Origin: Fibrobacteria bacterium
GTDB lineage: Bacteria > Fibrobacterota > Fibrobacteria > UBA11236
Assembly: GCA_041746255.1 (NCBI GenBank)
Contig: JBGTHM010000105.1
Location: forward strand, 1-34,331
Direction of reading: 5' to 3'
Length of the DNA stretch: 34,331 nucleotides
Below are positions 1-9,813 of the stretch, piece after piece. The first letter of the stretch is position 1; every line of letters begins with the position of its first letter. The notes beneath the pieces were generated by a model, which was not told the origin of the DNA, did not search any database, and was given only the letters and a program-made list of their open reading frames with translations. Made by a program: the position numbers and the translations under genes.

Positions 1-1064
1 TCCGCGGTCAGGCTGATAACCTTCCAACCCCTTTTGACGAAGGTATGGTTGAACTCCCTCAGTTTAGTCAGCTCTTCGAGAGACTGGGGATCCTTGAAGC
101 TCCAGAAATTGAGCAACACCTTATGGCCCCGGAAATTTGAAAGGCGGGTGCTATCGTCTTCCATAGGTAGGAATTCGAAATCAGGCGCCGCCCGGCCCTC
201 AATGGGTTTACGGATTTCGTAGGCGGGATTATAAGTGGATAAAGGTTGCAGCCGCAAGGCCCGCCCTCCCTTGGCGACGCTTTGAAAAAGAAATGTGTGG
301 CCACCCACCGAAAAGTGAAAATCCCGCCCGACCGCCAATTCGAAACCATCGTAACCCAAAGACTTTCCCAACACCCCGTCACCGTCCCAATCAATGAGCA
401 ACCTGTCCGGCCCGGGAATCTCGATACTTCCATCTCCATTTGCGTCGGCGACACCGATTTTGACTTTGCCTTGGGCCGTGGGTAACTCGCCATAGGCGAT
501 ATTTTCAATTTGGGCGGAAAAAAATTCACCCGAGCATACGGCCCAGGTCAATTCCCTTTTGTTATCCTCGCAAAGGGTGCGCAATCCGGGTTCGCCGGAA
601 TGTCGACATAATTTCAGGGTCGAGGGAATTCCGGGCTTGCCGGGAGGTTGCAGTTCGATACACGTGCGGGAAGGGGGCCAGGAAAGAGCCGGACCCTCGT
701 CCAGCTTCCGATTATTATTGAAGTCCGCATGGACACGGGTCTCATCGCCGCGCTTTTCCAACCCGATAATGGTCTTTACACCTGGTCTACCCTGGTAAAA
801 CCCAGGTACTTGCAGGAAAAGGAAATCGTCGCGCGAACTTCCATCGGGAATATCCACATTTTCGTCGGGCTCTACCAAAGGAACCAGAACGGATAGGCAT
901 TTCCCGCCCGCATCGCAAGATTTGAAATCGCCTATCGGAGCGGCGAGGGCATCGTGGGTTTGCCCTTCAAGCCGCACTTCCAGGGCATACCCCGAGGGCG
1001 ACAGGAGGAAAAATGCAAAGGCGATTATTAAGGAAAATTCCAGGCTGCGATAACGAAAAAACAT
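1..1064 (-). CDS. Exported protein with C-terminal TlpA/redoxin-like (thioredoxin-fold) domain lacking CxxC; 3' end runs off the window
   Basis: Not in the ORF track because there is no stop in the window. Manual translation from ATG at 1064 gives MFFRYRSLEFSLIIAFAFFLLSPSGYA-LEVR (signal-peptide-like), open for 354 codons and ending ...GRAAPDFEFLPMEDDSTRLSNFRGHKVLLNFWSFKDPQSLEELTKL...GWKVISLT, which follows the TlpA pattern APDF...L.DF.GK.VLLNFW. Confidence 0.8.
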   Translation of the reverse strand, partial: MFFRYRSLEFSLIIAFAFFLLSPSGYALEVRLEGQTHDALAAPIGDFKSCDAGGKCLSVLVPLVEPDENVDIPDGSSRDDFLFLQVPGFYQGRPGVKTIIGLEKRGDETRVHADFNNNRKLDEGPALSWPPSRTCIELQPPGKPGIPSTLKLCRHSGEPGLRTLCEDNKRELTWAVCSGEFFSAQIENIAYGELPTAQGKVKIGVADANGDGSIEIPGPDRLLIDWDGDGVLGKSLGYDGFELAVGRDFHFSVGGHTFLFQSVAKGGRALRLQPLSTYNPAYEIRKPIEGRAAPDFEFLPMEDDSTRLSNFRGHKVLLNFWSFKDPQSLEELTKLREFNHTFVKRGWKVISLTA

Positions 1065-1073
1065 GCCTAAACC

Positions 1074-1469
1074 TTAAGGTTGTACGGTCTGAACGCCGAG
1101 GATACGGTGCACAGCCTGTAATAAATCGGCCGGTGTAAAGGGCTTGGCCAAAAAATCGATTTCCGTTTTTCCATCCAGAGAAAATTCCGAAAAACCGGAA
1201 ATGTAAAGGACCCGGGTTTGCGGGCGCGATTGGCAAATTTTTTCGGCGACTTCTTCGCCGTTCATTCCAGGCATTTTCATATCGGTAATCAGCAAGTCTA
1301 AATTGCCGGAGTGGTTTTCCATAAGGGAGAGAGCATCCTCTCCGGAAGGCGCTTCCAAAATGGTATAATCGTCGCTTGCCAGAATACGCACGGCCAATTT
1401 TCGCAATATGGCTTCGTCGTCGACAACGAGTAGGGTATATTTCGTGGGTTGATCGGGGAAATGCGGCAT
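1074..1469 (-). CDS. Single-domain response regulator (receiver domain)
   Basis: LLVVDDE, DLLITDMKMPGMNG, YISG, FLAKPFT motifs; start moved to ATG 1469 because AGGAG lies just upstream. Confidence 0.9.
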   Translation of the reverse strand: MPHFPDQPTKYTLLVVDDEAILRKLAVRILASDDYTILEAPSGEDALSLMENHSGNLDLLITDMKMPGMNGEEVAEKICQSRPQTRVLYISGFSEFSLDGKTEIDFLAKPFTPADLLQAVHRILGVQTVQP

Positions 1470-1576
1470 GTTTGCTCCTATTGCCGGACGCATTCCAGCA
1501 AAATACAAAGCGATTTGAATTTAAGGGAGTGTCCTCAAAAGCATGGGAGGAGAATACGCTGCGGGATGTATTCGAA

Positions 1577-1972
1577 TCAAATCTTGGGATGCAAGGCGTA
1601 GATAATTTTTTGAGCGGTCTCCAGACACAGGATGCAATTGGGCGGACGCTTGAGGTCGAGGGCTTCGATCCCCTCAAACTCCTCAAGCTTGCGGCACAGC
1701 GTGTCACCCTGATTACGGTGGAATGAACCGACAACCAAGTCCTCTTCCACCAGAATATGCTCGGTATCCGCGTTTTCCGATTCTCGATCCCGTTGGTAGC
1801 CATAAACGGTACTGTTTTTGAACTCAAGTCGGGCCACAATTTTTTCGGACTCTTGTAAGTACGCATCCCATTCCCGCTTCATTTCTTCGTATGTCATCAA
1901 ACCGGATTGGTTTAGCTTGGATGCCTCCAAAGCCTTTTCATGGAATCGCCGTATATTTTCCACCCACTTCAC
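1577..1972 (-). CDS. Hypothetical protein with C-terminal Cys/His cluster
   Basis: 131-aa ORF co-oriented with neighbours, AAGGAG near the GTG starts (1972 or 1963); H...C...CxxC near the C-terminus; no family recognised. Confidence 0.6.
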   Translation of the reverse strand: MKWVENIRRFHEKALEASKLNQSGLMTYEEMKREWDAYLQESEKIVARLEFKNSTVYGYQRDRESENADTEHILVEEDLVVGSFHRNQGDTLCRKLEEFEGIEALDLKRPPNCILCLETAQKIIYALHPKI

Positions 1973-2119
1973 TCCTTGCTACATAAATACCCATTCGGCG
2001 CTGGAGGTGCAAAGGAATTACCCCCGATGCGCGATTTAATGCGTAAGCGGGGCCCTGCTTGGATTTTCATTGTGTCCGCAACGGTTTAAAGCCATTTTCC
2101 GGGTGTCGGGCCGGGTTGG

Positions 2120-3175
2120 ATGACAGAGCAGAACACCTTTTTCGCGCAACGGGTTTTCACTTCGGTGGCCATCGTACTGGGTGTAACCGGCATTGCGGCA
2201 TTTCTGATAACCGCTCGTCAAATCGTACTGCTGGTTTTCGCCTCCGTGCTTGCGGCCGTGGTGATGAGCGGAATCATCGACGGGGTCCGAAAAGTTTTGC
2301 CCTTAGGCCGGGGGATAACGCTCGTAGCCTTAATTTTTGTTTTCGTTTTCGGTTTTTCTTTTTTGGCCTGGATGTTGGCCCCCAACGTCATCGATCAAGT
2401 CCTGGAACTGGGACGAAGGCTTCCCTCGGCTTGGGTGGGTTTTACCGAATGGCTGCGTGGCTTTAATTGGATAGACAGCTTGTTTGAAGAGGCTCCGGCG
2501 GCCCGAGGGTTGCTACCGGACAACGGCGAAATATTCTTCAACCGGATGCTGGGAATATTCTCAACGGTTTTCGGTATTCTCGCCAGCCTGCTGATCGTTT
2601 TTTTCATTGCCATTTTCCTGGCCTGGGAACCGGAAGCCTACTCCGAAAATCTGCTGCGACTGATTGGGAAATCCAAACGGGATAGGCTCCGGGAAGTTTT
2701 CGCGTTTACCGCCCATATGTTGCGATTGTGGATGCTCGGAAAAATCATCGCCATGGTGGTCATCGGAACCTTTACCGGAGTGGCCTTACGGATTTTGGAT
2801 GTACCGCTGGCCCTGACTCTGGGATTAATCGCCGGCCTTTGCAATTTCATCCCCTATTTCGGACCCTTTTTCGGATTCATCCCCATATTCCTGATCACTT
2901 TGGTGGAAGGTCCGCGCGTGTTGCTTTATGTGGCTATTCTTTACACTCTGGTGCAATCCTTCGAAAGTTACCTGATGATGCCTCTGTTGGAGCGTAAAAT
3001 CATCCGCCTGCCTCCGGCCTTTGTCTTGAGCGCACAAGTCTTCTTGGTGTTGTATTTAGGCGCTCTAGGGCTTTTTCTGGCCACTCCCTTAATCGTAGCC
3101 GGGGTGATACTGGTAAAAATGTTGTATATCGACGATGTGCTGGGCGACCGCCGCGAAGGGGATCGAATTCCCTGA
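2120..3175 (+). CDS. AI-2E family transporter (UPF0118 permease)
   Basis: 351 aa, multiple hydrophobic helices, family motifs AGLCNFIPYFGP and QSFESYLMMP...I.LPP. Confidence 0.85.
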   Translation: MTEQNTFFAQRVFTSVAIVLGVTGIAAFLITARQIVLLVFASVLAAVVMSGIIDGVRKVLPLGRGITLVALIFVFVFGFSFLAWMLAPNVIDQVLELGRRLPSAWVGFTEWLRGFNWIDSLFEEAPAARGLLPDNGEIFFNRMLGIFSTVFGILASLLIVFFIAIFLAWEPEAYSENLLRLIGKSKRDRLREVFAFTAHMLRLWMLGKIIAMVVIGTFTGVALRILDVPLALTLGLIAGLCNFIPYFGPFFGFIPIFLITLVEGPRVLLYVAILYTLVQSFESYLMMPLLERKIIRLPPAFVLSAQVFLVLYLGALGLFLATPLIVAGVILVKMLYIDDVLGDRREGDRIP

Positions 3176-3271
3176 ATGGGCTTCCGTGGGGTGGACATTA
3201 CCCGGGAAGGGCGGGGATCGCGGCATTTTCTCCCCATCGCGCTTTTTTTGACCCGGATTGCCGCCTTCCCC

Positions 3272-3301
3272 TTGGAAGCCAGCCGCCCTAAATATTATAC
3301 T
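3272..3301 (+). promoter_or_regulatory. Putative sigma70 promoter for tRNA-Asn
   Basis: TTGGAA (3272-3277), 18-nt spacer, TATACT (3296-3301), ending 11 nt before the tRNA. Confidence 0.5.
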
Positions 3302-3312
3302 TTACCCTCCAT

Positions 3313-3387
3313 TGGTCAGTAGCTCAGTGGTAGAGCCCTCGGCTGTTAACCGAGTTGTCGTAGGTTCGACCCCTACCTGACCAGCCA
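3313..3387 (+). tRNA. tRNA-Asn (GTT)
   Basis: Acceptor stem TGGTCAG/CTGACCA, D-arm AGCTCAGTGGTAGAGC, anticodon arm CTCGG-CTGTTAA-CCGAG, T-arm GTAGG-TTCGACC-CCTAC, discriminator G, encoded CCA. Confidence 0.97.
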
Positions 3388-3420
3388 TAAGGCCCTCCTC
3401 CCGGAGGGCCTTATTTTTTT
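3387..3420 (+). terminator. Rho-independent terminator after tRNA-Asn
   Basis: ATAAGGCCCTCC / GGAGGGCCTTAT inverted repeat followed by a T-run. Confidence 0.9.
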
Positions 3421-3590
3421 GCGAATTTTTTCCGATTCGCCTTGTCGAATTGACAAAAAAAATAATCGAAACCTGCGACTAATTGCTGTTGACTATTTCG
3501 GAACCCCACCCCTACCATGCAAACGTTCATTTCAAGGACTTAATCCATTTCCCTTTAAAATTTTTTCGCTTTGAAGGTCGCCATAGTCAC

Positions 3591-6179
3591 ATGAAATCGA
3601 CACTTCTCATAAAGTTGGAAAAAATTTCTTCGGACTGGGTGCTTGCCGATTCGGGTGACCTCCAGGTTTTGGCGGCATTGCATGCCGAGCTGACAGGTAT
3701 CGTCGGTGAGTGCGAGGAAAATGTACGTGAAGCCGTTTCCCGCCATTGCAATGTGGCCATAGGGAGCCTGGAAAAATTGATTATGGGGGAATCGCAAGAC
3801 CCCACGCAGGAATTGCATTCCATCTCCTCGTCGATATCGGGTTTATACTCGGTAGTCAGTGACGGCCTGCCTCAGAGAAAAGGTTCGGCTCCTCCAAGGA
3901 GTAAAAAGGCGGTCCCCAAAAACGAAAAATCCGCGAACATGGCGGTTGACGAAAATATCCTACGCGATTTTCTCGGACGCCAGCCCGGCGTATTGGAAAA
4001 CCTGGAAGAACGCATTCTGGCGATGGAAAAGCTCCCTGACACGAAAACTTTAGAGGACATTCAACGCATTCTGCATACACTCAAAGGTGAATCCGCCTTG
4101 TTGGGCATGTCGGAAGTGGAAAAACTTTGCCATAAGGCGGAGGATTTTCTCGAAGCGGCGTTTACTTCCGGACGGGCCGAAGGCCTTTTGCAAATCAAGG
4201 ATTGGCTGGAGCGCCGTTTCCTCTCATTAGAGGGAAAGGGAGAAGCCCCGCCATCCGTGGACGGTTTGATGGCCACGCTCAGCCTACCTCAAAACCTTGA
4301 AGCGAGCAAAGCGGAATTTCAGGAAACTCCCGAACTGGATGAGGGCTGCTCCCAAAACGATCCTGCACTTTTAACCGAGTTTTTCCACGAAAGCCAGGAT
4401 CACCTCGAGGCGGCGGACATCTGTTTGATGCGCCTGGAAACCGAGCCCGGGGATGGAGAGTCATTAAACGCGGTTTTCCGTGCCTTCCACACCATAAAGG
4501 GAGTGGCGGGATTTTTAGGCTTTCGGAATATTCAAAGCTTTGCCCATGAAACTGAAAACCTGCTTGATAAAGTCCGTATGGGTAAGGTGGCCCTAAACGG
4601 CAATATCCTGGATTTGGTTTTTGAGGCGGTTGACAGCCTGAAAAAACGCCTGAAATGGCTGGCCGAGCAGCCCGGAAAGGCCTATCCCAAGGCCAATTGC
4701 GAGGCGATGAACAACTTGCTTCGCAAAATTAAGGGTGTGACCAAGTCGGAATTTGCGGGTATGCCGTCCGCTACCTTGCCTTCAGCCAAAGCGGGCATGA
4801 AGCTAGGAGAAATATTGGTCGCGTCAGGTGCATTGCCGCAAGCTTCGCTGGGAGAGGCTTTGGAACATCAACATGCGGATGGCACAAATGCCCCGCTGGG
4901 AGAATTGTTGGTCAAAGATGCCGGGGTACCGGCTCATGAAGTCGCCTTGGCGTTACGCAGTCAAAAAGCGGCTAATGAACAAACGGCTTCGCTGGTCAAA
5001 GAAACCGTAAAAGTGGAGGCCGAACGACTGGATCGGCTGCTCGACGCCATTGGCGAATTGGTGATAGCGGAAAGCATGATATTTCAATCTCCGGAATTGA
5101 AGGGCCGCAAATCGCCGGTATTGACGCAACAAATGGTGCTGTTGGATAAAATTACGCGTGAACTGCAAAAAATGGGGACTTCACTTCGCATGGTTCCCGT
5201 TCGTCCCGTATTCCAGAAAATGGCTCGCCTGGTACGCGACGTCTCCCGTAAAAATGGAAAGCAAGTGGAGTTTGTTTGTTCGGGAGATGAAACGGAGTTG
5301 GACAAAACAGTAGTGGATAAAATCGGGGATCCCTTGGTACATATGGTGCGAAACTCGGTGGACCATGGAATTGAAACCCAAATCGAAGATCGGATAAAAG
5401 CGGGTAAACCCGCGATGGCCAAGGTGGGATTGCGAGCCTTCCAAAAAGGCGGTAATGTCTGCATTGAGGTTTATGATGACGGACGCGGTCTTAACCGGGC
5501 CGCCATTGTGAAAAAGGCGCGTGAACGGGGACTGATAGAGAACGAAGGCGAAACGCTTACCGACGGTGAGGTGTGGAATTTCATTTTCGACGCCGGATTT
5601 TCCACGGCAGCCGAGGTCACCGAAATTTCGGGCCGCGGCGTGGGCATGGACGTGGTGAAACGCAGTATCGAAGAATTACATGGCCGCATCGAAATTGAAA
5701 GCCAACCGGGCGTAGGCACAACCTTCAGTATATGGTTGCCGCTTTCGCTGGCCATCACCGACGGCATGATTATGCGGTTGGGCCGGGAAAAATTCGTATT
5801 CCCGACCCTTTCCATTCTTCGCATCGTGCCCTTGGTCGAAGCGGAGATTTTTACCGTGGAGGGACGCGCCCAAATGCTCAACCTGCAAGGGGAAATCATT
5901 CCCCTGTTGAGTATGGAAGGTCTCTTTCCCCGCTTCCCTACCGACGATAATAATTCTCCGCGATTAGCGGTGATTGTCGAGTCGAAAGGCCGCAAAGCCG
6001 GATTACCGGTGGATGAATTGCTGGGACAGCAACAGGTGGTTATCAAAGGTTTGGGCGAATCGTTCAAGCATATTCCCGGCTTGACCGGAGGAGCGATTCT
6101 ATCGGACGGCACAGTAGGTGTGATATTGGAAGTCGACGAACTTTTACAGTCTTTACGAACGGAAAAACTGGCGGCTTGA
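3591..6179 (+). CDS. cheA: Chemotaxis histidine kinase CheA with two HPt domains and an MshEN-like segment
   Basis: HPt motifs ILHTLKGES and AFHTIKGVAG; VKVEAERLDRL dimerisation domain; HMVRNSVDHG, DDGRGL, GFSTA..V...SGRGVGMDVV ATPase motifs; C-terminal CheW-like domain. ATG 3591 preferred over TTG 3483, start uncertain. Confidence 0.95.
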   Translation: MKSTLLIKLEKISSDWVLADSGDLQVLAALHAELTGIVGECEENVREAVSRHCNVAIGSLEKLIMGESQDPTQELHSISSSISGLYSVVSDGLPQRKGSAPPRSKKAVPKNEKSANMAVDENILRDFLGRQPGVLENLEERILAMEKLPDTKTLEDIQRILHTLKGESALLGMSEVEKLCHKAEDFLEAAFTSGRAEGLLQIKDWLERRFLSLEGKGEAPPSVDGLMATLSLPQNLEASKAEFQETPELDEGCSQNDPALLTEFFHESQDHLEAADICLMRLETEPGDGESLNAVFRAFHTIKGVAGFLGFRNIQSFAHETENLLDKVRMGKVALNGNILDLVFEAVDSLKKRLKWLAEQPGKAYPKANCEAMNNLLRKIKGVTKSEFAGMPSATLPSAKAGMKLGEILVASGALPQASLGEALEHQHADGTNAPLGELLVKDAGVPAHEVALALRSQKAANEQTASLVKETVKVEAERLDRLLDAIGELVIAESMIFQSPELKGRKSPVLTQQMVLLDKITRELQKMGTSLRMVPVRPVFQKMARLVRDVSRKNGKQVEFVCSGDETELDKTVVDKIGDPLVHMVRNSVDHGIETQIEDRIKAGKPAMAKVGLRAFQKGGNVCIEVYDDGRGLNRAAIVKKARERGLIENEGETLTDGEVWNFIFDAGFSTAAEVTEISGRGVGMDVVKRSIEELHGRIEIESQPGVGTTFSIWLPLSLAITDGMIMRLGREKFVFPTLSILRIVPLVEAEIFTVEGRAQMLNLQGEIIPLLSMEGLFPRFPTDDNNSPRLAVIVESKGRKAGLPVDELLGQQQVVIKGLGESFKHIPGLTGGAILSDGTVGVILEVDELLQSLRTEKLAA

Positions 6180-6206
6180 ACACTTAAAAAGGAAAGGCAG
6201 GAAAGT

Positions 6207-6716
6207 ATGGCGGAAATTAAAGAAGAAGTGGTGGCGGGGGCATCCATGGCGCAAGCGGGTAAATACCTGACCTTTCAACTAGGCAAAGAGGTTTACGGAA
6301 TCGAAATCCTCAAAGTGCAGGAAATCATTGGAATGATGAATATAACGCATATTCCGAAAACACCCGACTTTGTACGTGGGGTTATCAACCTGAGGGGAAA
6401 AGTCATTCCTGTCATCGAGTTGCGCCGGAAATTCGGAATGGAGTCGATGACGGATACCGAACGCACCTGCATCGTTGTCGTTCAGGTGAAGTGGGCGGAC
6501 AATACCATCACCATGGGCCTTTTGGTGGACGAAGTTTCCGAAGTCCTCAACGTTACTCCGGATCAAATCGAAGCTCCTCCGTCTTTCGGGGCGGGAGTCG
6601 ACACGGATTTTATTCTCGGCATGGGTAAGGTGGGACAAAAAGTGGTGATGATGCTCGACGTAGACCGCGTATTGGCCGCGGAAGAGTTGGCGGAGGTGAA
6701 GATGGTCAAGGCATAA
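6207..6716 (+). CDS. cheW: Chemotaxis coupling protein CheW
   Basis: KYLTFQLGKEVYGI, GVINLRGKVIPVI, GLLVDEVSEV. Confidence 0.95.
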   Translation: MAEIKEEVVAGASMAQAGKYLTFQLGKEVYGIEILKVQEIIGMMNITHIPKTPDFVRGVINLRGKVIPVIELRRKFGMESMTDTERTCIVVVQVKWADNTITMGLLVDEVSEVLNVTPDQIEAPPSFGAGVDTDFILGMGKVGQKVVMMLDVDRVLAAEELAEVKMVKA

Positions 6717-6793
6717 ACCTCGGTATCAGTCAATGAATCCAGCAATAATTCCAAATATTTAAAAGTTAATTAGACTAGAAGGAGTAATCGAAC

Positions 6794-8485
6794 ATGTTTA
6801 AAGGTGCAAGTTTAACATTCAAGCTATATAGCGGCTTCGCTGCCGTTTTGATAATCGCAGGTTGTCTCGGAGGGTACGCCTATAATCAACTTGTTAAAAT
6901 CGATTCCGTTTCCACTATTATTGTAGAAGACAACCTTCCGGGGTTGTACCTAGCTGAGGAAATCCAGAAATTGGCTATAGGAACTCTTTTGACCACCTGG
7001 AGGCATATAAATGCGCAGAGTAAAGAAGAAATGTCCGCACTCGAGCAAAATATGGCCAAAGACAGAGAGTCCATTGATCAAATGCTAAAAGCTTATGAAG
7101 GCACCATGACCGATCCTAAAGATAAAGAGCTATTCGCGAAAATAGCGCCCGCTCGGGCTCGGTTTTTGGAAGCGCTTACCCAATCCGTGCTGCCATTAAG
7201 CCAGGCTGGAAAGGGGGATGAGGCTACCGTAGTAGTACAGGCCAAGCTAATGCCTCTTTATGATATTTATCTTGGGGCTACTCAAGATATCGTGATATTT
7301 AATAAAGAATTCGGTGAAGCTTCAGGTAAAAAAATAACGGATTTAGTGAATGCCGCCGAATTGGGAATCCTGGTGGGCCTCGCCCTGGCTTTGGCCGTGG
7401 GAGCATCCATCGGGTTTTTCCTAAGTCGCTCCATATCCGCTGCATTGAACCGGGTCATCGATTCACTGACATCGGGAAGCGAACAGGTATCCGCAGCCTC
7501 CAGCCAGGTCAGCGAGTCAAGCCAACAAATGGCGGAGGGTGCCAGCGAACAAGCTTCTTCCTTGGAGGAGACTTCGGCCTCGCTGGAAGAAATGTCTTCC
7601 ATGACCAAGCAGAACAGCGAAAACGCACGTCAGGCAAATATCATGGCCACGGATACGCGTGGGGCGGTGGAGAAGAGCAGGGAAGCCATGACCCGTATGA
7701 GCGACGCCATTGGGCGTATCAAGAGTTCTTCGGATCAAACTGCTAAGATCATTAAAACCATCGATGAAATCGCTTTCCAAACCAATTTACTAGCCTTGAA
7801 CGCCGCCGTGGAAGCCGCCCGCGCAGGGGATGCCGGCAAAGGCTTTGCAGTAGTCGCGGAAGAAGTGCGCAACTTGGCCCAACGCAGCGCCGAAGCCGCT
7901 AAATCCACGGCTTCGCTTATCGAAGAATCGCAACAAAATGCCAATGACGGGGTTTCCGTCTCCTCCGAGGTGGCGGGAATCCTGTCACAAATCGTGGAAA
8001 GCGTGCATAAGCTCTCCCAGTTAATAGGAGAAGTCTCGGCCGCCAGCGACGAACAGTCAAAGGGCATAGAGCAAATCGGAACTGCGGTTACGGAAATGGA
8101 CAAGCTCACGCAATCCAACGCTTCTAACGCCGAAGAGTCGGCTTCGGCCAGCGAGGAGTTGTTTGCCCAGGCCAAGGAGCTCGGGGAAATGGTGAATACC
8201 CTGGTGGGTATTGTTAAAGGAGAAGGAGCCGTAAACCGGTCCCATTCCTTTTCAGGAGCAGGTGCCGGGCATGGAGCTCCCAGACGGAAAGTCTCCCTGA
8301 ATACCCCTGCGAAAACGGGGAATAAGCAGGTCTCCCGTTCCAACTCAAAAAATAGTTCCCAACCCGTTCACGACTGGAAGCCCTCGGGAAACGGCCACTC
8401 CAAAAATCTCGTGGCAACTTCAGTGCGCTCAGCTTCCCCCAACGACGTGATTCCTCTCGACGATGACGATTTGAAAAATTTCTGA
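6794..8485 (+). CDS. Methyl-accepting chemotaxis protein (2 TM, four-helix-bundle-type periplasmic sensor)
   Basis: Two TM segments; signalling hairpin [51 protein letters not shown]. Confidence 0.95.
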   Translation: MFKGASLTFKLYSGFAAVLIIAGCLGGYAYNQLVKIDSVSTIIVEDNLPGLYLAEEIQKLAIGTLLTTWRHINAQSKEEMSALEQNMAKDRESIDQMLKAYEGTMTDPKDKELFAKIAPARARFLEALTQSVLPLSQAGKGDEATVVVQAKLMPLYDIYLGATQDIVIFNKEFGEASGKKITDLVNAAELGILVGLALALAVGASIGFFLSRSISAALNRVIDSLTSGSEQVSAASSQVSESSQQMAEGASEQASSLEETSASLEEMSSMTKQNSENARQANIMATDTRGAVEKSREAMTRMSDAIGRIKSSSDQTAKIIKTIDEIAFQTNLLALNAAVEAARAGDAGKGFAVVAEEVRNLAQRSAEAAKSTASLIEESQQNANDGVSVSSEVAGILSQIVESVHKLSQLIGEVSAASDEQSKGIEQIGTAVTEMDKLTQSNASNAEESASASEELFAQAKELGEMVNTLVGIVKGEGAVNRSHSFSGAGAGHGAPRRKVSLNTPAKTGNKQVSRSNSKNSSQPVHDWKPSGNGHSKNLVATSVRSASPNDVIPLDDDDLKNF

Positions 8486-8527
8486 TTCGTCTAACGCAAC
8501 CGAAAAGGAAGCAATCGAGGAGTAGTC

Positions 8528-9331
8528 ATGGAAATGGGTTCCCGAGTCTTCCAAGACTTCCGTTCCCTGGTGTATGCCAGGAGCGGAATCGCCTTGGGTG
8601 AAGGCAAAGAGGCTCTGGTCAGCGCGCGCATCGGCAAACGGCTCCGCCATTTGGGACTGGTCGATTTCGACGCGTATTTGGACTGGGTCAAGGGACGTGA
8701 CGGCGAAGAGGAGATGGTGCATTTGCTCGACGCCATTTCCACCAATGTCACCAGCTTTTTCAGGGAGCCTGCGCATTTCGAATTTGTTGCGGAATGTATG
8801 CGAAAGTGGATGGCGACCGGCCAACAACGCTTTCGCTTCTGGTCAGCCGCGTCTTCCACCGGCGAGGAGCCCTATACGCTCGCCATGACCTTGCGCGAGT
8901 CCAAGGAAAACGGCGAGGATATTCGCATATTGGCTACCGACATTTCGACACGGGTGCTGGAGGCCGCCAAACAAGGACGCTACGCGGCGGCAAAATTGCA
9001 ATCGCTTCCGGACGGCTTTGCCAAACGGTATTTCACCAACTTGCACCCGAAAGAGGGGTCAGAGTTCGAAATCAAGGAAGAATTGAAACGCATGGTTCTC
9101 TTCAAGCGGCTCAACCTCGCTTTCCCTCCTTTCCCTATGGCGGGGTCGATGGACATGATCCTCTGCCGCAATGTCATGATTTATTTCGACAATCCCGTGC
9201 GTAAGCGATTATTGGAAGAATTCTACCGCCTATTGAAGCCGGGTGGATACCTCCTGGTCGGGCATTCAGAAAGTCTGACGGGTCTAGCCGGTAAGTTCAA
9301 AACTATTCGGCCCTCCATTTATCTCAAGTAG
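8528..9331 (+). CDS. cheR: Chemoreceptor methyltransferase CheR
   Basis: STNVTSFFRE, WSAASSTGEEPY, ILATDIS, ILCRNVMIYFD, GHSESL. Confidence 0.95.
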   Translation: MEMGSRVFQDFRSLVYARSGIALGEGKEALVSARIGKRLRHLGLVDFDAYLDWVKGRDGEEEMVHLLDAISTNVTSFFREPAHFEFVAECMRKWMATGQQRFRFWSAASSTGEEPYTLAMTLRESKENGEDIRILATDISTRVLEAAKQGRYAAAKLQSLPDGFAKRYFTNLHPKEGSEFEIKEELKRMVLFKRLNLAFPPFPMAGSMDMILCRNVMIYFDNPVRKRLLEEFYRLLKPGGYLLVGHSESLTGLAGKFKTIRPSIYLK

Positions 9332-9336
9332 GGTGC

Positions 9337-9813
9337 ATGAATATCGTAATCGGAATTTCTGAAATGAGGGTTTCGCGCAATCCCGAAGAGGTGTTGGTCA
9401 CTTTCGCATTGGGATCGTGCGTGGGCCTGACGCTTTTCGATCCTTCTACAGGAATTGGGGGGCTCATCCACGCCATGCTCCCGCTTAGTAAAATCGATCC
9501 GGTCAAGGCGGCCAATAACCCTTACATGTTCGTAGATACCGGAGTACCTGCTCTTATGCAGACGCTGTTTGATCTTGGGGCCCAGAAAAAGCACTTGATA
9601 GCCAAGGTCGCGGGAGCATCCACTATCATGGATGACAAAGGAATATTCAACATCGGCGAAAGGAACCATACGGTATTGCGTAAGGTTTTATGGAAAAATA
9701 ATATTCTCATCGCCGGAGAAGACGTAGGGGGCAACTCGCCACGCACGGTTTACCTGCACATGAATACGGGGAAAACCATTTTGAAAATGGCGGGACAGGA
9801 AAGGGAGCTTTAA
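9337..9813 (+). CDS. cheD: Chemoreceptor glutamine deamidase CheD
   Basis: LGSCVG catalytic Cys, GGLIHAMLP, IGERN, EDVGG...R. Confidence 0.92.
   Translation: MNIVIGISEMRVSRNPEEVLVTFALGSCVGLTLFDPSTGIGGLIHAMLPLSKIDPVKAANNPYMFVDTGVPALMQTLFDLGAQKKHLIAKVAGASTIMDDKGIFNIGERNHTVLRKVLWKNNILIAGEDVGGNSPRTVYLHMNTGKTILKMAGQEREL

Noticed and set aside
68..896. Short track ORFs (68-529, 246-485, 559-798, 648-896)
   Set aside because: All overlap the long minus-strand frame starting at 1064, which has a signal peptide and a recognisable domain
967..1866. 299-aa minus-strand ORF
   Set aside because: Alternative frame across the receiver gene and the hypothetical gene; Arg/Ser-rich with no motifs
3313..3387. 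tRNA-Asn as integration site of a genomic island
   Set aside because: No integrase and no duplicated tRNA 3' end seen in the window; an attachment site beyond the window cannot be excluded
5471..6247. 258-aa antisense ORF in cheA (and similar ones at 7735-8343, 11140-11769, 25833-26630, 30354-30977)
   Set aside because: Antisense shadows of well-supported genes
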